Shown: positions 1 to 14,621, numbered from the stretch's first letter. The stretch: 64,000 nucleotides of DNA from Nitrospirales bacterium (GCA_965203295.1 CBDBCZ010000012.1:288001-352000), one strand, 5' to 3'. The notes: a model not told the origin generated them from the letters alone. Made by a program: numbers and translations.

Positions 1-1904
1 CTATCTGGACAAAAATCTCCTACTTGACTTTAGCATTACGGTTTCATATATATGTATAATTTTCTGGAATCAGAGCTTTAGCCACACGAAGGTTGAGATC
101 TCTTTGTCTGCTGGCCAATTTAGTTCACATTAATTTGGAACTGCGGTTCGCTTTCAACAAACGTAATATTAATAATGTACTTGAAAAACAGACAATCATC
201 CTGACACTAGTACGCTGACAGACGAAAGGCTCATTACTGATCATGAGCAGGGCAAGCTTTCTGGTTTCTACTCTACACCGTCTCTTGCAAGCTTTTGCAA
301 ACCTCTGTACCGACACGGGAGCTAGTCTCGCGAGCCAGACTGTACGGGAGCTAGCTACCCTGGCTGACCAAATTACGGTACAGAACGGGTACATAATAGC
401 GAGTACAAACTTAAATGGCTTGAAATGGCTTTAATCTTCCGTTGTATGAGTGGCCTGACTCGTACAGCAACCTCTCCTCCCCTCCCTGACGAAGATTCCC
501 GACGGTTCAGCGCACATGCGCAATTATTGAGTGAATAAATGGGGGCGGGGCTATCTAGACCTGTAAGTTACCTGTACGCATACGCACAGCACTCAGAACT
601 GTGTGGGCGCACGTATACATAGATATTATCTACTAGGTGAATGCAGAGCGTTGTGGGGCGAGCGTGAGCGAGTTCATCATGCCATAGATTATACAACAAA
701 TAAAATATAATAATTATAAAAAATAACACAACAGTTCAACATGTGACGACAGCTTCATCACATGTAAATAGTCACGAAGAGAAGTCTCATCCACTTGAAT
801 CTTGACTTTCTGCTTCTAAATCAATCTTTATGCTGTTGTCCACAGTATCTGCATTCGAAATCCCCACTGATGCACTCTCTGGTAGAGCTTGTAAATTTTC
901 ATTTGGGTGCTCAGATACTGTCGAGCTCCAGCCACTACTTGCGATGTGTGTGAGCTCGCTACCTGCACGGCAGTATAAACATTATACAATAATAGAGCCA
1001 GTAACGCCTCGGTACGAATCTGACTAGTACACTCCAGTACAAACTCACAGACTATTTGTAGAATCTGAATGCCAGAGCTGAGTATGTACCGGTATAATAT
1101 AACAACTTACAATTGCATACACATTAAAATATTAGCAGGATGATTATTGGTTTTGAAAGCACTGACAGGCTCATGCAGTAGCACTGTGAACAGTGTATGA
1201 AGCCGATGATGTAACGAAGAAAAACATAAACACTTGGCCATCATTGTCTCTACCAAGTGAATCGGATCAGCTCAAGACTCTACTGCAAGCTCTATATGTA
1301 TGCCACATATCACAGTGACCTAATGCACTAGCTGTCACCATAGTCACTGTTGATTCCAGAGACATTTATGCTTGCTTAACACAAAGAGGTACACAAGCAG
1401 TAAATCCTTATTGGTCCCTCTCTCTATCTGTTCATGATTGCGGCCATTCATGCCTTTCATTCTCCTTGAAATATCCTCAGAAATGTGTGGCCTAACCAGC
1501 AATAGAATTTGTGATAGAGCCTAATTTCAAACCATAAACTAAACAACTACTCAACGAAGGGAACAAAATTTCCAACCACTGCTCAAATTACACAGATGTA
1601 TGACTATTACTTTATCCAATCAGTGGAAATGTACTTAAACATTTTTGTACGTATCATTATCTTACTCATCATTTAAAGCTGTACGTGCAGCAGTATTTTC
1701 AAAGGAAACACTGACGTACATGGAATTATACTGAAAATAATGACAGTCTCGCGTCTTCAAGACGACAAAGACTAGTTATCTAGTTATTGATCCCCCCACA
1801 CACTATTTAAAAGTTAGGTATGCATTACATAAAAGTGTGCCAGAGACAGGACATATAGCTAGCAGTTGCAATAATTGCTGCCTATTTGTGATAATAGAGA
1901 ATGC

Positions 1905-4900
1905 GTGACAAAGCGGTGAGGCAGTGTAATAGTGAGATTAAGATTATGATAAGGATACTGGAGAGTAGTATTGGCAGGGGAGATAAACGGGGAGAGTGTT
2001 ACAAACGATGTTCGGAAATCAATGAATTGGTATAGATAGTTGAAATGAGGTGATTGAAAGGGCTAATTAAGATTTCAAGAAAACAGGAAAGAGTTTTCGG
2101 GAATTTTTTGGCAGGATCTTCAAATGGTAGTCATAAGGGTATATTGGTTCTTTGAGGAGTAATCCAGGTTCAAGTGTAACCAGCACTAAGGGAAATTTGG
2201 AAGTATTATGTGAGCATTATGAAAGGCTGGGTACAGCATCCGTAGATGATCAGTTTGAAGGTAACTGGAAAGAGCATGTAGAGCAGAAAGTGACAGAGTA
2301 TAGGGAAATGTCTAGATTACGGAAGGTTAAGGTTTTGGACAGGGGAATTATTTTGCAGAAATTTAACTAAAACCCTAAAGAACTAGAGGTCTCTAGCAGA
2401 GACATACCGATTGCCAATACGAACATGTGACCAGGTCCGTATATGCCCGGCCCCCATTTTATTCTAGTTGTGACCGTATTAAAAAGGCAGAATGTACCAT
2501 TGTTAAATAAGAAAGAGCTGGAGATGCAGCGTATGGATCTGCTTTGGCGACTATCAGGTACACACCCGGACATTTTTTTTAGATTTCAATGTTGCTGTTG
2601 CGTTTAGCAATCACTTAACCCTGCAAATCGCGAGATAGCCCGATTTTTGAGTGGACAGACAACGAACGAACGAACGAACGAACGGACGGACAGACAGAAC
2701 CAATCGCTTAACCCCGCTGCCGCCTACGTGCCGCGGGGTAATAATAATACAGGAGATAATGATGGGCTAGTTGTGGAGCTTTTTAGGTACGGTGGCAAAG
2801 GAGTAGTTATATGTAGTCTGTTGAAAGTCTTATATGCAGTAGTTTGGACAGAGAAGAGTGTTCCTAAACAACAAGGACAAGTGTTACTTTTAGCTTGTAT
2901 AAGAAAGGTGATACTGAGGACCTGGGCATTTACAGAGGCATTACACTATTAAATGTGGGAGGAAAACTGTTCTAAACAATCGCATAGTAATCACATTAGA
3001 ATGAGAAAGAGCTCTTCATGAAGATTCAGAGAGAAAACGAGTCGTGTTGATAGAATCTTTGCTTTCAATGAAATCATAGCAGGTAGAATGAGGAACACTT
3101 ATGCTTCTTTCTTAGATGTTCACAAGTATTTAACACAGTTTGACATGATGGCTTATAGTTTAAGTTATGGGAAATTGGTGTTAGGGGCAGGATGAGGTGA
3201 GCTATTAAGGATATCACACAGAGTGCTGTTTTACTGGAGGCAGAAATATCTGATATAGGTCAGGGGTGGCACAGGGTTGTAGTATGTCGCCTATCCTCTT
3301 ATCTAACCTTATTAATCAGTTGTTAGATGAGGTTGAGAGGGCTGTGATTGGCATTAATGTTAAGAAGGATGTTCAGGTTGGGGGTCTAGTGTTTGCCGAA
3401 AGATTTTGTAGGCTTAACTACTGACGCCGAGGACTTACAAACATTGTTTAATGTATTACAGGGGTTTTGTAAAAAATGGAGTTTGAAATCTAGCATACAA
3501 AAGAGTGCTGTTATGGTAATTTTTTTTAAAGAGGTTGATACAGGTGCGCGTACATGGAAGTGGGGAGATAAAGACATTCCAGAGGTTGTAAATTACTGTT
3601 ACTTGGCCACTAAATTTGCAAATAATGGTTCAGGGATAGTCATGTACAGAAGGTAATAAATAGTGGAAAGAAAAATCTACATAGCTTTTTTGTAACAGTA
3701 ATATCAGTACAGTTACAAGAAGGATACCTATTGTTAGTTTCAGTACTTCACCCCGCTTTAGAATAAGGTAATGAAGTGTGGGCTTGTAATACGTCAGACA
3801 GCTTCCTTGGAATTTATTCAGCTAGAAGCTGCTAAAAATATATTTGGCTGCTCTTCTAAAACGTGTAATGAAGCAGTAAGGGGGGTTAGAATCTTTTGAA
3901 AGGCAGGAGGCATAGGTGCAAACCTAAGTGGTGTTATAAAGTCAGTAATTTGCATGACGAGAGATATCCTAGCTTACTAGACAGTGAGTGGTAGGTGAAA
4001 TCGTGCAGAGGTAGGCAGAGGAAGACCTGGAGGAAAGTAGGTAGTAAATTGTTGCTGCAGTCATTAAATCTAAAGAGTCAGGATATATTTGCTGAAGATT
4101 ACAAACTATTGAAAGTAACAAAGTTTTCTAAGCTCCCATCCAACAAATCGTCTAATTCTCTCACAAAAACATTTGTAATGGTATCTTACATAGGACACTC
4201 CCAGAGCACATGTACTAACTCTCACATTGCGTTCATACAGCTTACACTGCCTATCATAATTTTTATCCCATGCCTTCCTAACTCGTTATTCAGACGGTTA
4301 GTACTTGAACCTAAACTTAAACATCAATCGTGTTCCTGGATCCCCAACCCCTGCTAGTAATCCTTAAATTCTATTTCTTTACAAAAAGACTTGTACAATC
4401 TCAGCCATCATTTATACTCTTTATATCTCAACACTTCATCTACTCTCCCTAGGAACAAATTTATATTTAAGGGAATTAGAACAGGCTTTCTTTTAGGGTG
4501 TGAGAATTGCGACAGGTAAAGTAACAAAGTTTTCTAAGCTCCCCTCCCCCCCCTCAACAACTTGTCTAAATCTCTCACAAAAATATTTCTAATGGTATCT
4601 TACATAGGAGTACATGTACTACACTCTCACATTGTGCCCCACATAACTTACACTGACTATCATCATTTTTACCCTTATGTCTTCCTAACTTTTTATTCAG
4701 AGGGTTAGTACCTGAACCAAAAAGATTTGTACAGCCTCAGCCACATTTATACTCTTTATATCTCAACACTTCATCTACTCTCTCTAGGAACAAATTTATA
4801 TTTAAGAGAACAGGCTTTGTTTAGGGTGTGAGAATTGTGACAGGTATGATTTTAAGGGTGTATTAAGACTAGTTAAGAGTTTTGCATTATTGATCTGGGA

Positions 4901-5035
4901 TACTAGGAAGAATGAATTATATGGTGATCAAGATAATGAAACATCTGTTTGTTCTTGCTCGGACTGGAGATCTTACAACTGTGTATGTGGGTGCGTGCTC
5001 AATGGCATACGCGCTACGACAGCGACACGAGTAAA
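1905..5035 (+). mobile_element. Degenerate LINE (same family as 24634-28560) with an internal inversion and a duplication
   Basis: Fragments STKGNLEVLCEHYERLG, GQGVAQGCSMSP and DFVGLTT, with many stops. 4111-4460 and 4518-4800 are reverse-complement LINE 3' sequence. Confidence 0.9.
2383..2741 (-). mobile_element. Non-autonomous Helentron/DINE-1-like element (HINE) inserted in the LINE relic
   Basis: Interrupts the LINE sequence AAAGAA|TAATAA. On the minus strand: TT start, GC-rich 5' hairpin, (GTCY/GTTC)n microsatellite, and a 3' palindrome CTAGAGACCTCTAG followed by TT. No TSD. Confidence 0.75.
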
Positions 5036-8000
5036 ATATTACTACCTATCTGCATTATACTAATAGGTATCAGCTGCAGTTGATGTGCCATTCTTGTGAA
5101 ATGTTTGGACGAACCTGTAAGATCTTGCGATAAAGGAGCAGGCACATCAGCCTCGTTCCCAGGCTTTACTTCCCAGCGTGCGAAGAGAAGCTGGGAAGTA
5201 GAACCTGGGAACGAGGCTACAGGCACACATAAAGGCACCGCTTTTGTTGTCTAGATGTTTTCACTCAAGAGTTCTACTATAATCTTGTTCATGGCTAGGA
5301 ATGATGATGACTCCTTGTACTACTATGTAAGGTACATGTAGTTGGTGCCACATCATTGAACACATTAATTACAACTGCTTGCTAACCCTTGATCATCAAT
5401 GTTTATAGAGGTGCGGATGTTACAAGACTAGATTCCACCATTGCATATCTTCAGTTTGAATGCATACAAAACCTACCTTTTCACTTCTTAGAACATGAAA
5501 CAGGAAAATGAAAACACCCTATAGAGAATGGATAAGAAATAAATTAGATTAATCTATGTAGATTGCTGTTCAGTACAAGAGTAATGCAATAACATACGTA
5601 CTTACTAGTATAATACCTACATGTACATATTAAGTTTATGTACGTAGCTAGGTACATGTATGGGTTATCACATGAATTTTAGTTCAAAATTGATTACCAT
5701 GTCGACGCATGAATTGGTAATAGTGTACACAACATACAGTATTATACTGTACATGTACAATGATGAGGTGTATGCAACTAGTATGAGAACACATTTTAAG
5801 GATATCAATAAATAATATCTACATATTTTAAAGCCACTAATGCACTTGCATTATAACAGACAACTAAGGTAACCACATGATCGTCATGACATGTGTTAAA
5901 AAAATAGCCTTAGTTTCAGTAGGAGGCACCTTAAGTGAATTGAGAACAGTAAAGAGCCATGCAAAGGCAGTGAGGTTTCTGTTGACAGTAAATAGCCCAA
6001 AAAACCAGGTCAGTCCCAGTATGGGAAGGAGGATCACTGATGCACACAATGAAGTTCTGAGAAAGAGAAGCAGTATACATAACAGTCTGCAAGCACAGCA
6101 GTGAGTGAGGCTGGATGTACACTTCCAATTAATCCTAGCTGGCATTGGTAGACTACAACAAGTATGTCATCTTTACCAGTGAGATAGAGATGATGTTCCC
6201 ACTAGCAGGATAAAGATGCATATTATAATCTCCTCACGTGGTCAGCAGTTTAGCTCAGTCTGCTTCATTTGGAGGTATGTACTATTTGACTAGTATATAT
6301 GTATGTGCTAGAAATTTCACAAAACCCTAAATACATACACGCATGTACAAACATGAGCACCTAGTAGAGCCTGATGGTATCTTAAACTCACACAGTCCCC
6401 CTTTCTCTTTGAATTTAGAGGTTGTATTCTGATTGGCTGCTTTTGACTTGGTACTTTTGTACACTTTTATCACAGCCACAGTCATAATGAATACATTCAC
6501 CTATGAGGGCATTAATGTAAGGAAGTAATGGTGTCACATAAAATGTTGTAGTCTTGTAAAAAATTACAGTAGCAAACTTTAACATGTTTAATACAATGCA
6601 TTTTTGATTTTTAGATGTGACCATGAATTAAAACAGTTGCAAGGCTAACTTACAGCAATGATGGCTAACATAGGTCCTACAAAAGCCCAGATAACTCCAT
6701 TGTCAGTGGACAGCCAGCAACTGCAAGAACAATATATATGTATAAGACACTACTAAGAACTCTCTAGTGCCTCTATAATCAACAATTGAGGAACTTCATT
6801 TATTTAGCACAATGACCACGTCATGACTGTTAATACAATAACCAGACAGTATGCTTTTGGAATGGCACATTATAAAAGAGGTTGTACACAATGTGGGTCG
6901 CGACGTACTCAACTACAGTGACATGGATGATCTATAACTATATACAGATTCGACTAACTCATGTGTTCATGCTGGTTATACTTACTAAATAAGAGCTCCC
7001 TCATCATTCCTCACTCCATAGTCATCATGTCTTGATGCCACTCCAATCACCACAGGAAAAATGGGCAGACCTGCCGACAAGAGTATACGTACTGAATAGT
7101 CATCTAATGCCTGTATTACAAATCAAGAGTTTGAACACTACATGTACGTAGCTTACCCTATCCAAGGAGTAAGAAGAACCACCATTTCTTGGACAGCCTG
7201 ATGAAAACTACTACCAGCATCAGGTAGAGCATGATGCCCTCACACAACATCCAACAGAAGGCAGCCAGGAAGAAGTAGTGCAGGAGAACAGTTACAAAGA
7301 CACACCCACCCTGTAAGGAGCAGAATAATGTACAAATGAGATACATACATACGTACGTGTAAGTAAGAATGTGTACCATAATCAGTGAGTGGACACTGTC
7401 TGTGTCTGAATACGTGCATAATTGTGTTTATATATGTATATTACCAAAATTAAATTACGTAGACTATACATTATGCTCACATAAATTTTATTACTATCCC
7501 TCATACTTGATCACAACAGAAGAGTATTGCTTAATGTAAAAGAAACTGAACTGTATACAGGTAGTGTGAGAGCAAACCATTAGCAGAGACAAGAAACAGG
7601 ACAGACTGTGGGTCTCAAGCAGCGGGAGGTTTGGTAGTCCGGCCTCACATTTCTCACTCTTAATCGCTTGAGTTATAATATACTATACGGCCTCAGTGAT
7701 CTCTGCTTCTGTTGATCCTCTCACAGATACGTACGTAGTTACCAACCTGGCTTCTTCTACATATATGCTGCATGACATCCTCACATGGGCTTGTAGTAAA
7801 GATAGGTTTCACCTCAAGCTAGCTGAGATTAAATTCTCGATCTTGCAAAGTTTCTGGACGATCACAACCCTATCACACAAACACATATCTTTGCAAGATT
7901 TTAAAATTAGGGTAAAATCCAAGTTATGTACGTACCTAGCCCTGATTGCATGATATATTTCCATGGCATGCATAGCAATTAAGGTTTAAACTGAAGATTT

Positions 8001-8145
8001 AGCATTTTAATAATTCTTAAAGATAGGCTAGGTGTCATACAGAAGCCATAGACACTTTAAAACATTGTATGTAGCAGATTCTATACTTCATTTGAGAACC
8101 TAGCAACGTACGAGGTAGAGGAATTAAAGCGAAAACCTACAACGC

Positions 8146-8188
8146 AACACACACACACACACACATGCACACACACACGCATGCACGC
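8146..8188. repeat. (CA)n microsatellite in an aGPCR intron
   Basis: Read directly. Confidence 0.9.
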
Positions 8189-11100
8189 ATTTACATACCA
8201 CTGAATTCCTGGCTGTCTGTATACCAATCACAAAAACAAGGTACCCCACGAACAGAGAGATGGCCAAATTTAGATGAATAAAGTAGTGAACTAATTGGAA
8301 CTGTTTCTTGCTGTGGAATAAGAGAAAATAAATGTGGTTACTACTGAGAATGCAACCACAAAATAGTGCAAATCATGCAACTACACTCTCAAGTGAAAGG
8401 ATTACGGGTAGAGAGAAATGCCAGTGAGCAAACATAGAGGTGCATAGAAACGTGTATGCTTATTACTAGTATACACTCCCAGTGGAATACAAACCGTGTA
8501 CATATCACACCTATGCTATACACATGTAGATTATTTCTCTCTGCATATGTACATGCAGATCCTGATTATGGATGTGTGGTTGCAGCTACTAGTAAAAGAA
8601 GTAGCCATTACTCTTCACGTAATAGACGAAGGCAGTATGTATAATATTTGCAAGTAGCCACAACACTGCAAGTAATATCTTAAAAGAAATGTAGCTCAGA
8701 GGAGATACTACACGCCCCACGACAAAACAAAACAGGGAGTATTAATACTAACGAGTGTAGTGACAATAGTGTAAATGGTGTTTACCCCAGAAAGAGGAAG
8801 AACACAATGGCAATGACCAGGCATGCCATGGAAATAGCACAACCAATATAGGAGACGATCATTAAGGCCTGTAGCTCTGCACCTCCCTATATAGCAACCA
8901 AAACAGAATACAAAACATCGTGTAACAGGAATAGTGAAGTTTTGCAGCACAAAGAAACATATTTTAGGTACACATGCTAGTAGTCTGTATGCTTGCATTG
9001 GTTCTGCAGGCTGTGTTACAGTATATTATATGATAGCAAGCATGGTCTAAACAATATATGTAGAGACACCGGTTAATATGCACATTATTGTTACAGTAGT
9101 GCCCAGTATATGTTTGCATAAATCATCTACCTTAATAGAGGAGTCTCACAAATACAGTCTGATAAGGTCGAATGGGCTACATGTAGTGTAAACCTGTGGC
9201 CTTAATGCTACTATTGCTATCCATACATCTCCGAGTGTTCCAGACACATCCACCAGCACTGCAAAACTTGAGAGATGACTGCTCTGGCACTCCACTGTCA
9301 TCACACCACCGCGTAAGGTAGCACTGACTGTCTCTACCCCATCTGATGACATCTGCCACTACCAATCCTGTTGTTTGTTCGATGTTTAATATTTGGGAGG
9401 GGGATTAGCCAGATCCACTCCATAACTTGTATACTGGAGAAAGAATGTACATAATTAATGAAACGTAACGTATCTGTAAAAACAGCCATCACTTATTGTG
9501 CTCTATTGTTGGACCCAAATAAATGTCCTGTAACAATACAATAAACATGTACTTTGGCATGCATACGCAAGTAACTGACAAGATTTCATTAAAGCGACTT
9601 ACGGATCAAAAAATTCCCAAAAAGTACATCTGTAGTCCCTTCCCTATATACATGTACGTACATACAAAATCTTTAGCATGAAAATACAGTTTTACAGTCC
9701 ATACCATAGATTTATGCACCAAGTGAACTGCTTAAGTAAAGTGGAAACAGCTACCACCCTTTAAAGAGGACTGTTACAGTACAGCAATGCAATCCCTGGC
9801 ACATTAATACGCACCCTTCTTAATACTCGCTAGAAAACTATTAGTAAAGTAGTATTTCTAGTAGCTCTTGTAAGTAGGATGTACGTACCATATATGCTGT
9901 CGTGATCTACCTTCATTCAAGATTAGACATGCTAACAAAACAGCTATTTCCACAGTAACATAGAGCTGACCAACATCATAAAACATTACAAGTATTATTG
10001 GTATGTTTGGTATATTAATTCCATTATGTGTTAAAAACAAACCTCATCGAAAGTGAAGGATACTTCTACTGGGTCATCCTGAAGTGCACGAGACTGCTGC
10101 ACTCGAAATTCTCGTGACAACACTGTTGCGGAAATTACCATGGAGGCAACAGCAATGGAAGCACTACAGAGAGAGATAAACCTTTGTGGTAATGGCTTCC
10201 TGGAATGTTACAACTCCTGTACATGTTTATAGCACAGGTATAATGACACACAGATATGAACATCGCATCGATCTTTGCTGTGAACACCTACCAATACCCA
10301 GATTGGTCTAGCTAGGTCCTGACCCCTCCATGTGCTATAACACACAGAAAGCAAGGTGCATATCATTGGTGTCACCTGAAAAGGGGTTATATTAATTACA
10401 CTGCAATGCAAGGACATGAATATGCTGTTCCTCCTTATCCAATTGGAAGAATGGGGTGGGCCAGGGTTGAATGGCACACTGTGTACAGACACATATACAC
10501 ATACCCTGTTCGCAGCACAATTTCCATATTCAGGAATAAAACATTTGTTACCGGTACTGTATTCCCTGTAGAGTATAAGAAAAGCTAGCCTAGATGGATG
10601 GCATGTATAAAGAAAGTGGATGTACATGCACATGTATATTTATATACTGCCAGGTGTAAAGATTTAAGCCAAAACGGGTGTGTGTATAAAATTAACAGTG
10701 CAGTTCGGCATGAATGAGAGTCACTGGCTGAAAAATAAAATGTACGTATGCAAGGCCTGTCAAACATGTGATGCATGAAGAATCAGACATGCCCATAACA
10801 TTATATACTTTCCAAATGGAGGCTTACTACAGCACCTGGGTTAGTAGAGTTTGTGTAGTCTCTGCCATGTCAGTATAATGGATGGCACAAACTGCACAAT
10901 GCTTAGCAGCTAATGTGATTTCGAAGCAGCACAGCCCTCCCACATAGCAGCCATGGCTAATCCTTAAAAAAATTACATGTTGTATATAGACGAGACCTCA
11001 AAAACCAACAGTTTTATTGTATGCTGCCTTACAAAACTCTCCCATACCAATGTCATACTTCACTAAATCAGCTGCACTGCACCCACAAAGGACCCTACAT

Positions 11101-12951
11101 TAAATTCACATTAAGCTTGCTAGGGAAGATGCTAGCCGCTCAAATTAAGCAGTACTTGTACTCTACATGTCGACACAAAGAAAAGTTCAATTGGTTTCCT
11201 AACTTACCTTCCAATACACACAGGCTGGAGGGCAAGGGACTAGAAGGTCTCCAGCACCATAATGTTTGTATCTTTGAGCTACATGCACATAGAGAACTTT
11301 TCATTCGGTTCTATGTGAGTTTCATAGTACATATGTTAGTGCAAAAGTAACATAATGTAGCCGCATCTCTTACACATTTCTGCAAACACATCGTACTAAC
11401 ACTTGGTAGGCTACATTCAGTGAATATTACTTGATGTATTGTAGCTTTTCCCACTGAGGAATTACAGTAAGTACGGCATGAGCTGTCTACTAAACATTGG
11501 TGTAAAGGAAGGCCTGCTATAGGCTCAATGATTGCAGTATCTTTGTTATGTGCGTGCAAACTGACATGTGGATATGTAGCACAAGATAGGTGGCATGGTC
11601 AAGTGGTTTGATGAGTTCGGCATGTCTCTTAGCTCACCCATCCAAACTGGTACATGTACATCAAACTTATGCAGGGACTCTCTCTGAGACAGTTCAAAAT
11701 CTCAAGTAGGAAGCCATTATATTACTACTGCTGTGGATAAAGATGTCACTCCACAGCTTGTACATACAGTATATAGGTAAAAAACATCACATGAGGTTTA
11801 CTATATCCTTTACAAACAGGAGTACAGCAGTTACAGCAAGTGTACTTACTCCAATGTGGTTACCCCATTTGGCTAGTGATTGTACCAACAGGTACATGGC
11901 ATGTACAAGCACATACACATTCAAACATACCAAGGTTATTCCCACCATTCACCACACTATCCTCAGAATCTTCCAAAGCATTAGCAAGATAAATTGAATA
12001 TCGTTCCACATTATCCAGCAAGAGCTGACTACCAGCATCAACCTGTACGTGTGGAAGCATGCTGTTACAAACGTGGTTGCATGGTGCTACATACACAATA
12101 TGTACATGTACATAATATCTGTTTCGAGCTCAGACCTCAGCTGTACTTTAGCAAACAGCCTTTAGGTATGTTCTGAGTCAAACAGCTTGATTTATACACC
12201 CACCCACATACATACGTATATTGTACTGCTAGCATATGCAGCAGTCATGTCAAGAGCTGCCTTCTGCATGAAATGACAACACTTCTCACCAAACCTGTAA
12301 CTAAAGCACTCAATGTTCCATTGATTACAGCAAGAAGTCTAAACTGGGCACAAGACTGTGCATGCAAATACGTTAGTGATGGTATGCATGTGTTATCAAG
12401 GTTGAAACGTACTTCTTGCAACGTTGTCCATCCAATTAAGTTACTTGAATCAAGTACATTGCTGAAGATACCCAAAAGATTCTGAGGGAAAGATTCAGCG
12501 GCAAGTACCCCAGTGTGAATGCTTAACAAAACACATCTACTAGGTTAGTAGCCTTGTCTCCAGGCTCTAGCTCTCAAGTGATAAAAGCTGAGTGAATGCC
12601 TGGGAATGAGGCTACTAAGTTAGCAAATGCATGCATTGCTGCATTAGTAAATCTAATGCTTAGCTCAATAATCTATAAACCAAAATTATACACTGGAGTA
12701 TGTATGACAATATTATAGCTAGAGACCAAACAACTGTCAATGTGCAAGGAAATGAAACGTATCAAGTGTAAACCAATGTTGACATCACCATGAAACATTA
12801 AAATTTTCAAAATGATGTTATAATAGTACGCAAAAAAACTAGGGAGATTTAGTATCAAAATGATGTTATTTTGTGAACCATGGGTGAAAACGTATGTAAG
12901 GCTTTTCCACCTCAGATTGTCTGAGGAGACATGAAAAACAGGTTAATCCTT

Positions 12952-13005
12952 CCAGTGGCCTAGTGGTGAAGGCCCTGAAAGCCGAGAGCTGGGTTAGATT
13001 CTCTT
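12952..13005 (+). other. tRNA-like (Pol III A/B box) degenerate segment, possibly a SINE head
   Basis: TGGCCTAGTGG (A-box like) and GGGTTAGATTC (B-box like). No intact cloverleaf. Confidence 0.35.
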
Positions 13006-13880
13006 GAGTACGTACATGTACTTCCTATTTCACTCCCCTTTAATTTTTTTCTTTTTGCTTCTTTTGGGTCCTGTTTCTGTTAGTTTTCACTACATATTCT
13101 AGAAAGATTGGGACAAGACTGGCTATATACCCTTAGGCTGTACTCAACAACAGGACAGAAGTGATTCAGCTTCGCTAAAGAGCCTTTGTATATGGCAGCA
13201 TGGTTAAGCATTCTCAGACCAGCTCATCCTGCATACATCCGCACCTACACGACAGCTCAGCTACAAGTGTGTTAGAAAGTACAACTACCCGGACAAAAAT
13301 CTCCTCCTACTTGACGTTAGCATTACGGTTTCACACATATGTATAATATTCTGGAATCAGAGCTTTAGCCACACGAAGGTTGAGATATCTTTGTCTGCGG
13401 GCCAATTTACTTCACATTTGGCACTGAGGTTCGCTCTCAATAAACGTTATAGTTAATGTACTTGAAAAACAGACAACCATCCTGACACTAGTAGCTACAG
13501 ATGAAAGGCTCATTACTGATCATGAACAGGGCATGCTTTCTGGTTTCTACTCTACACAGTCTCTTGCACGCTTTTGCAAACCTCTGTACCGACACGGGAG
13601 CTAGTCTCGCGAGCCAGTCTGTACGGGAGCTAGCTACCATAGCTGACCAAATTACAGTACAGAACGGGTACATATTAGCGAGTACAAACGTACATGGCCT
13701 GAAATAGCTATAATCTCCCGTTGTATGAGTGGCCTGACTCGTACAGCAACCTCTCCACCCCTCCCTGACGAAGATTCCCGACGGTTCAGCGCACAAACGC
13801 AATCAGATCATCGTGTGAATGAATGGGGGTGGGGCTATCTAGACCTGTGCCTGTTTCAGCATAATCACTTTTTTTTTCTA

Positions 13881-13933
13881 AAACAATACAATACAATACC
13901 ATACAATACAATACAACACAATACAATACAATA
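13881..13933. repeat. (CAATA)n microsatellite present only in duplication copy 2
   Basis: Read directly; absent at ~565. Confidence 0.9.
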
Positions 13934-14621
13934 CCTGTACGCATACGCACAGCACGCAGAACTGTGTGGGCGCACGCAGATATTATCTACTAGGTGAATG
14001 CAGAGCATTGTGGGGCGAGCGTGAGCGAGTTCATCATGCCATAGATTATCTATGATCATACACAGTTGACTTGAATATGCAGGGCTGGTACGTAATGCAT
14101 TATTATAATATTACAAATTTAATCACAGGTATTACAGAGCATGATATAGGCCTAATATTACATAGAGTAAGTCATCAATTTCCGGTCACCATAAAATTAA
14201 TAATCGGACGCGATTTCTTCGAATACAAAAGAATAAAGCTGCTGTCTGTAGTAGTAAACAATAGATAGTTAGAGATGTAGTCGGTACCTAGAAGAACCAG
14301 TTGTCGAATCTGCTTCAGCCGGTGTAGTGCCACTTCAAAGCCTATGTCCGAATTTTTCAATGCTCGGACGTTATAATCTATAGTCGGACACGCGGCGCTT
14401 GTAACGGAGGGCAGTGATAAGCGGCTGCGTTCTAGTGTTGTCTTCAGACATCTGTCTGTTTACTATTCCACGACTAGCAGTTGGAACCACAAGCCATTCC
14501 AGTTTGCGGCAACAAGAACATTAATAATACAGGAAATTTGGGGAATTTTGCAAACTTACGGAATTGGAATACACGCTCTGGGCATGCGTAGTAGCATGGA
14601 CACGTGGACGGTTGTGAAAAA

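Larger units (their letters stand above)
1..5508. repeat. Segmental duplication, copy 1 (aGPCR 3' end plus downstream repeats)
   Basis: Colinear and highly similar to 13285-14049, 20854-24633 and 28555-29337. Confidence 0.93.
787..12515 (-). pseudogene. Adhesion GPCR (GAIN-GPS-7tm_2) multi-exon gene, disrupted; the N-terminal ectodomain is not identified
   Basis: Exons bounded by GT/AG. GAIN: ~12411-12515 (FSNVLDSSNLIGWTTLQE), ~11930-12042 (LLLDNVERYS), ~10042-10163, ~9603-9645 (CTFWEFFDP). GPS: 9227-9367 (ECQSSHLSSFAVLV). TM1 ~8786-8887 (VSYIGCAISMACL), TM2 ~8198-8310 (IHLNLAISL), TM3 7157-7311 (HYFFLAAFCWMLCEG), TM4 ~6985-7071, TM5 ~6653-6720 (CWLSTDNGVIWAFVGP) and 6392-6499, 6238-6281, TM6/7 5930-6056 (LLPILGLTWFFG), 5477-5518 (GVFIFLFHVLRSEK), terminal exon 787-962. 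Lesions: TAG for Trp at 7158-7160, TGA at 6255-6257, a 1-nt deletion in the GPS exon, and two deleted tail exons. Confidence 0.9.

Noticed and set aside
125..434. Overlapping short ORFs repeated at 13488-13802
   Set aside because: They lie in a duplicated non-coding repeat, their frames and ends differ between copies, and they have no domain signal.
12952..13005. Functional tRNA gene
   Set aside because: Only A/B-box-like motifs are present, with no complete acceptor or anticodon stems.
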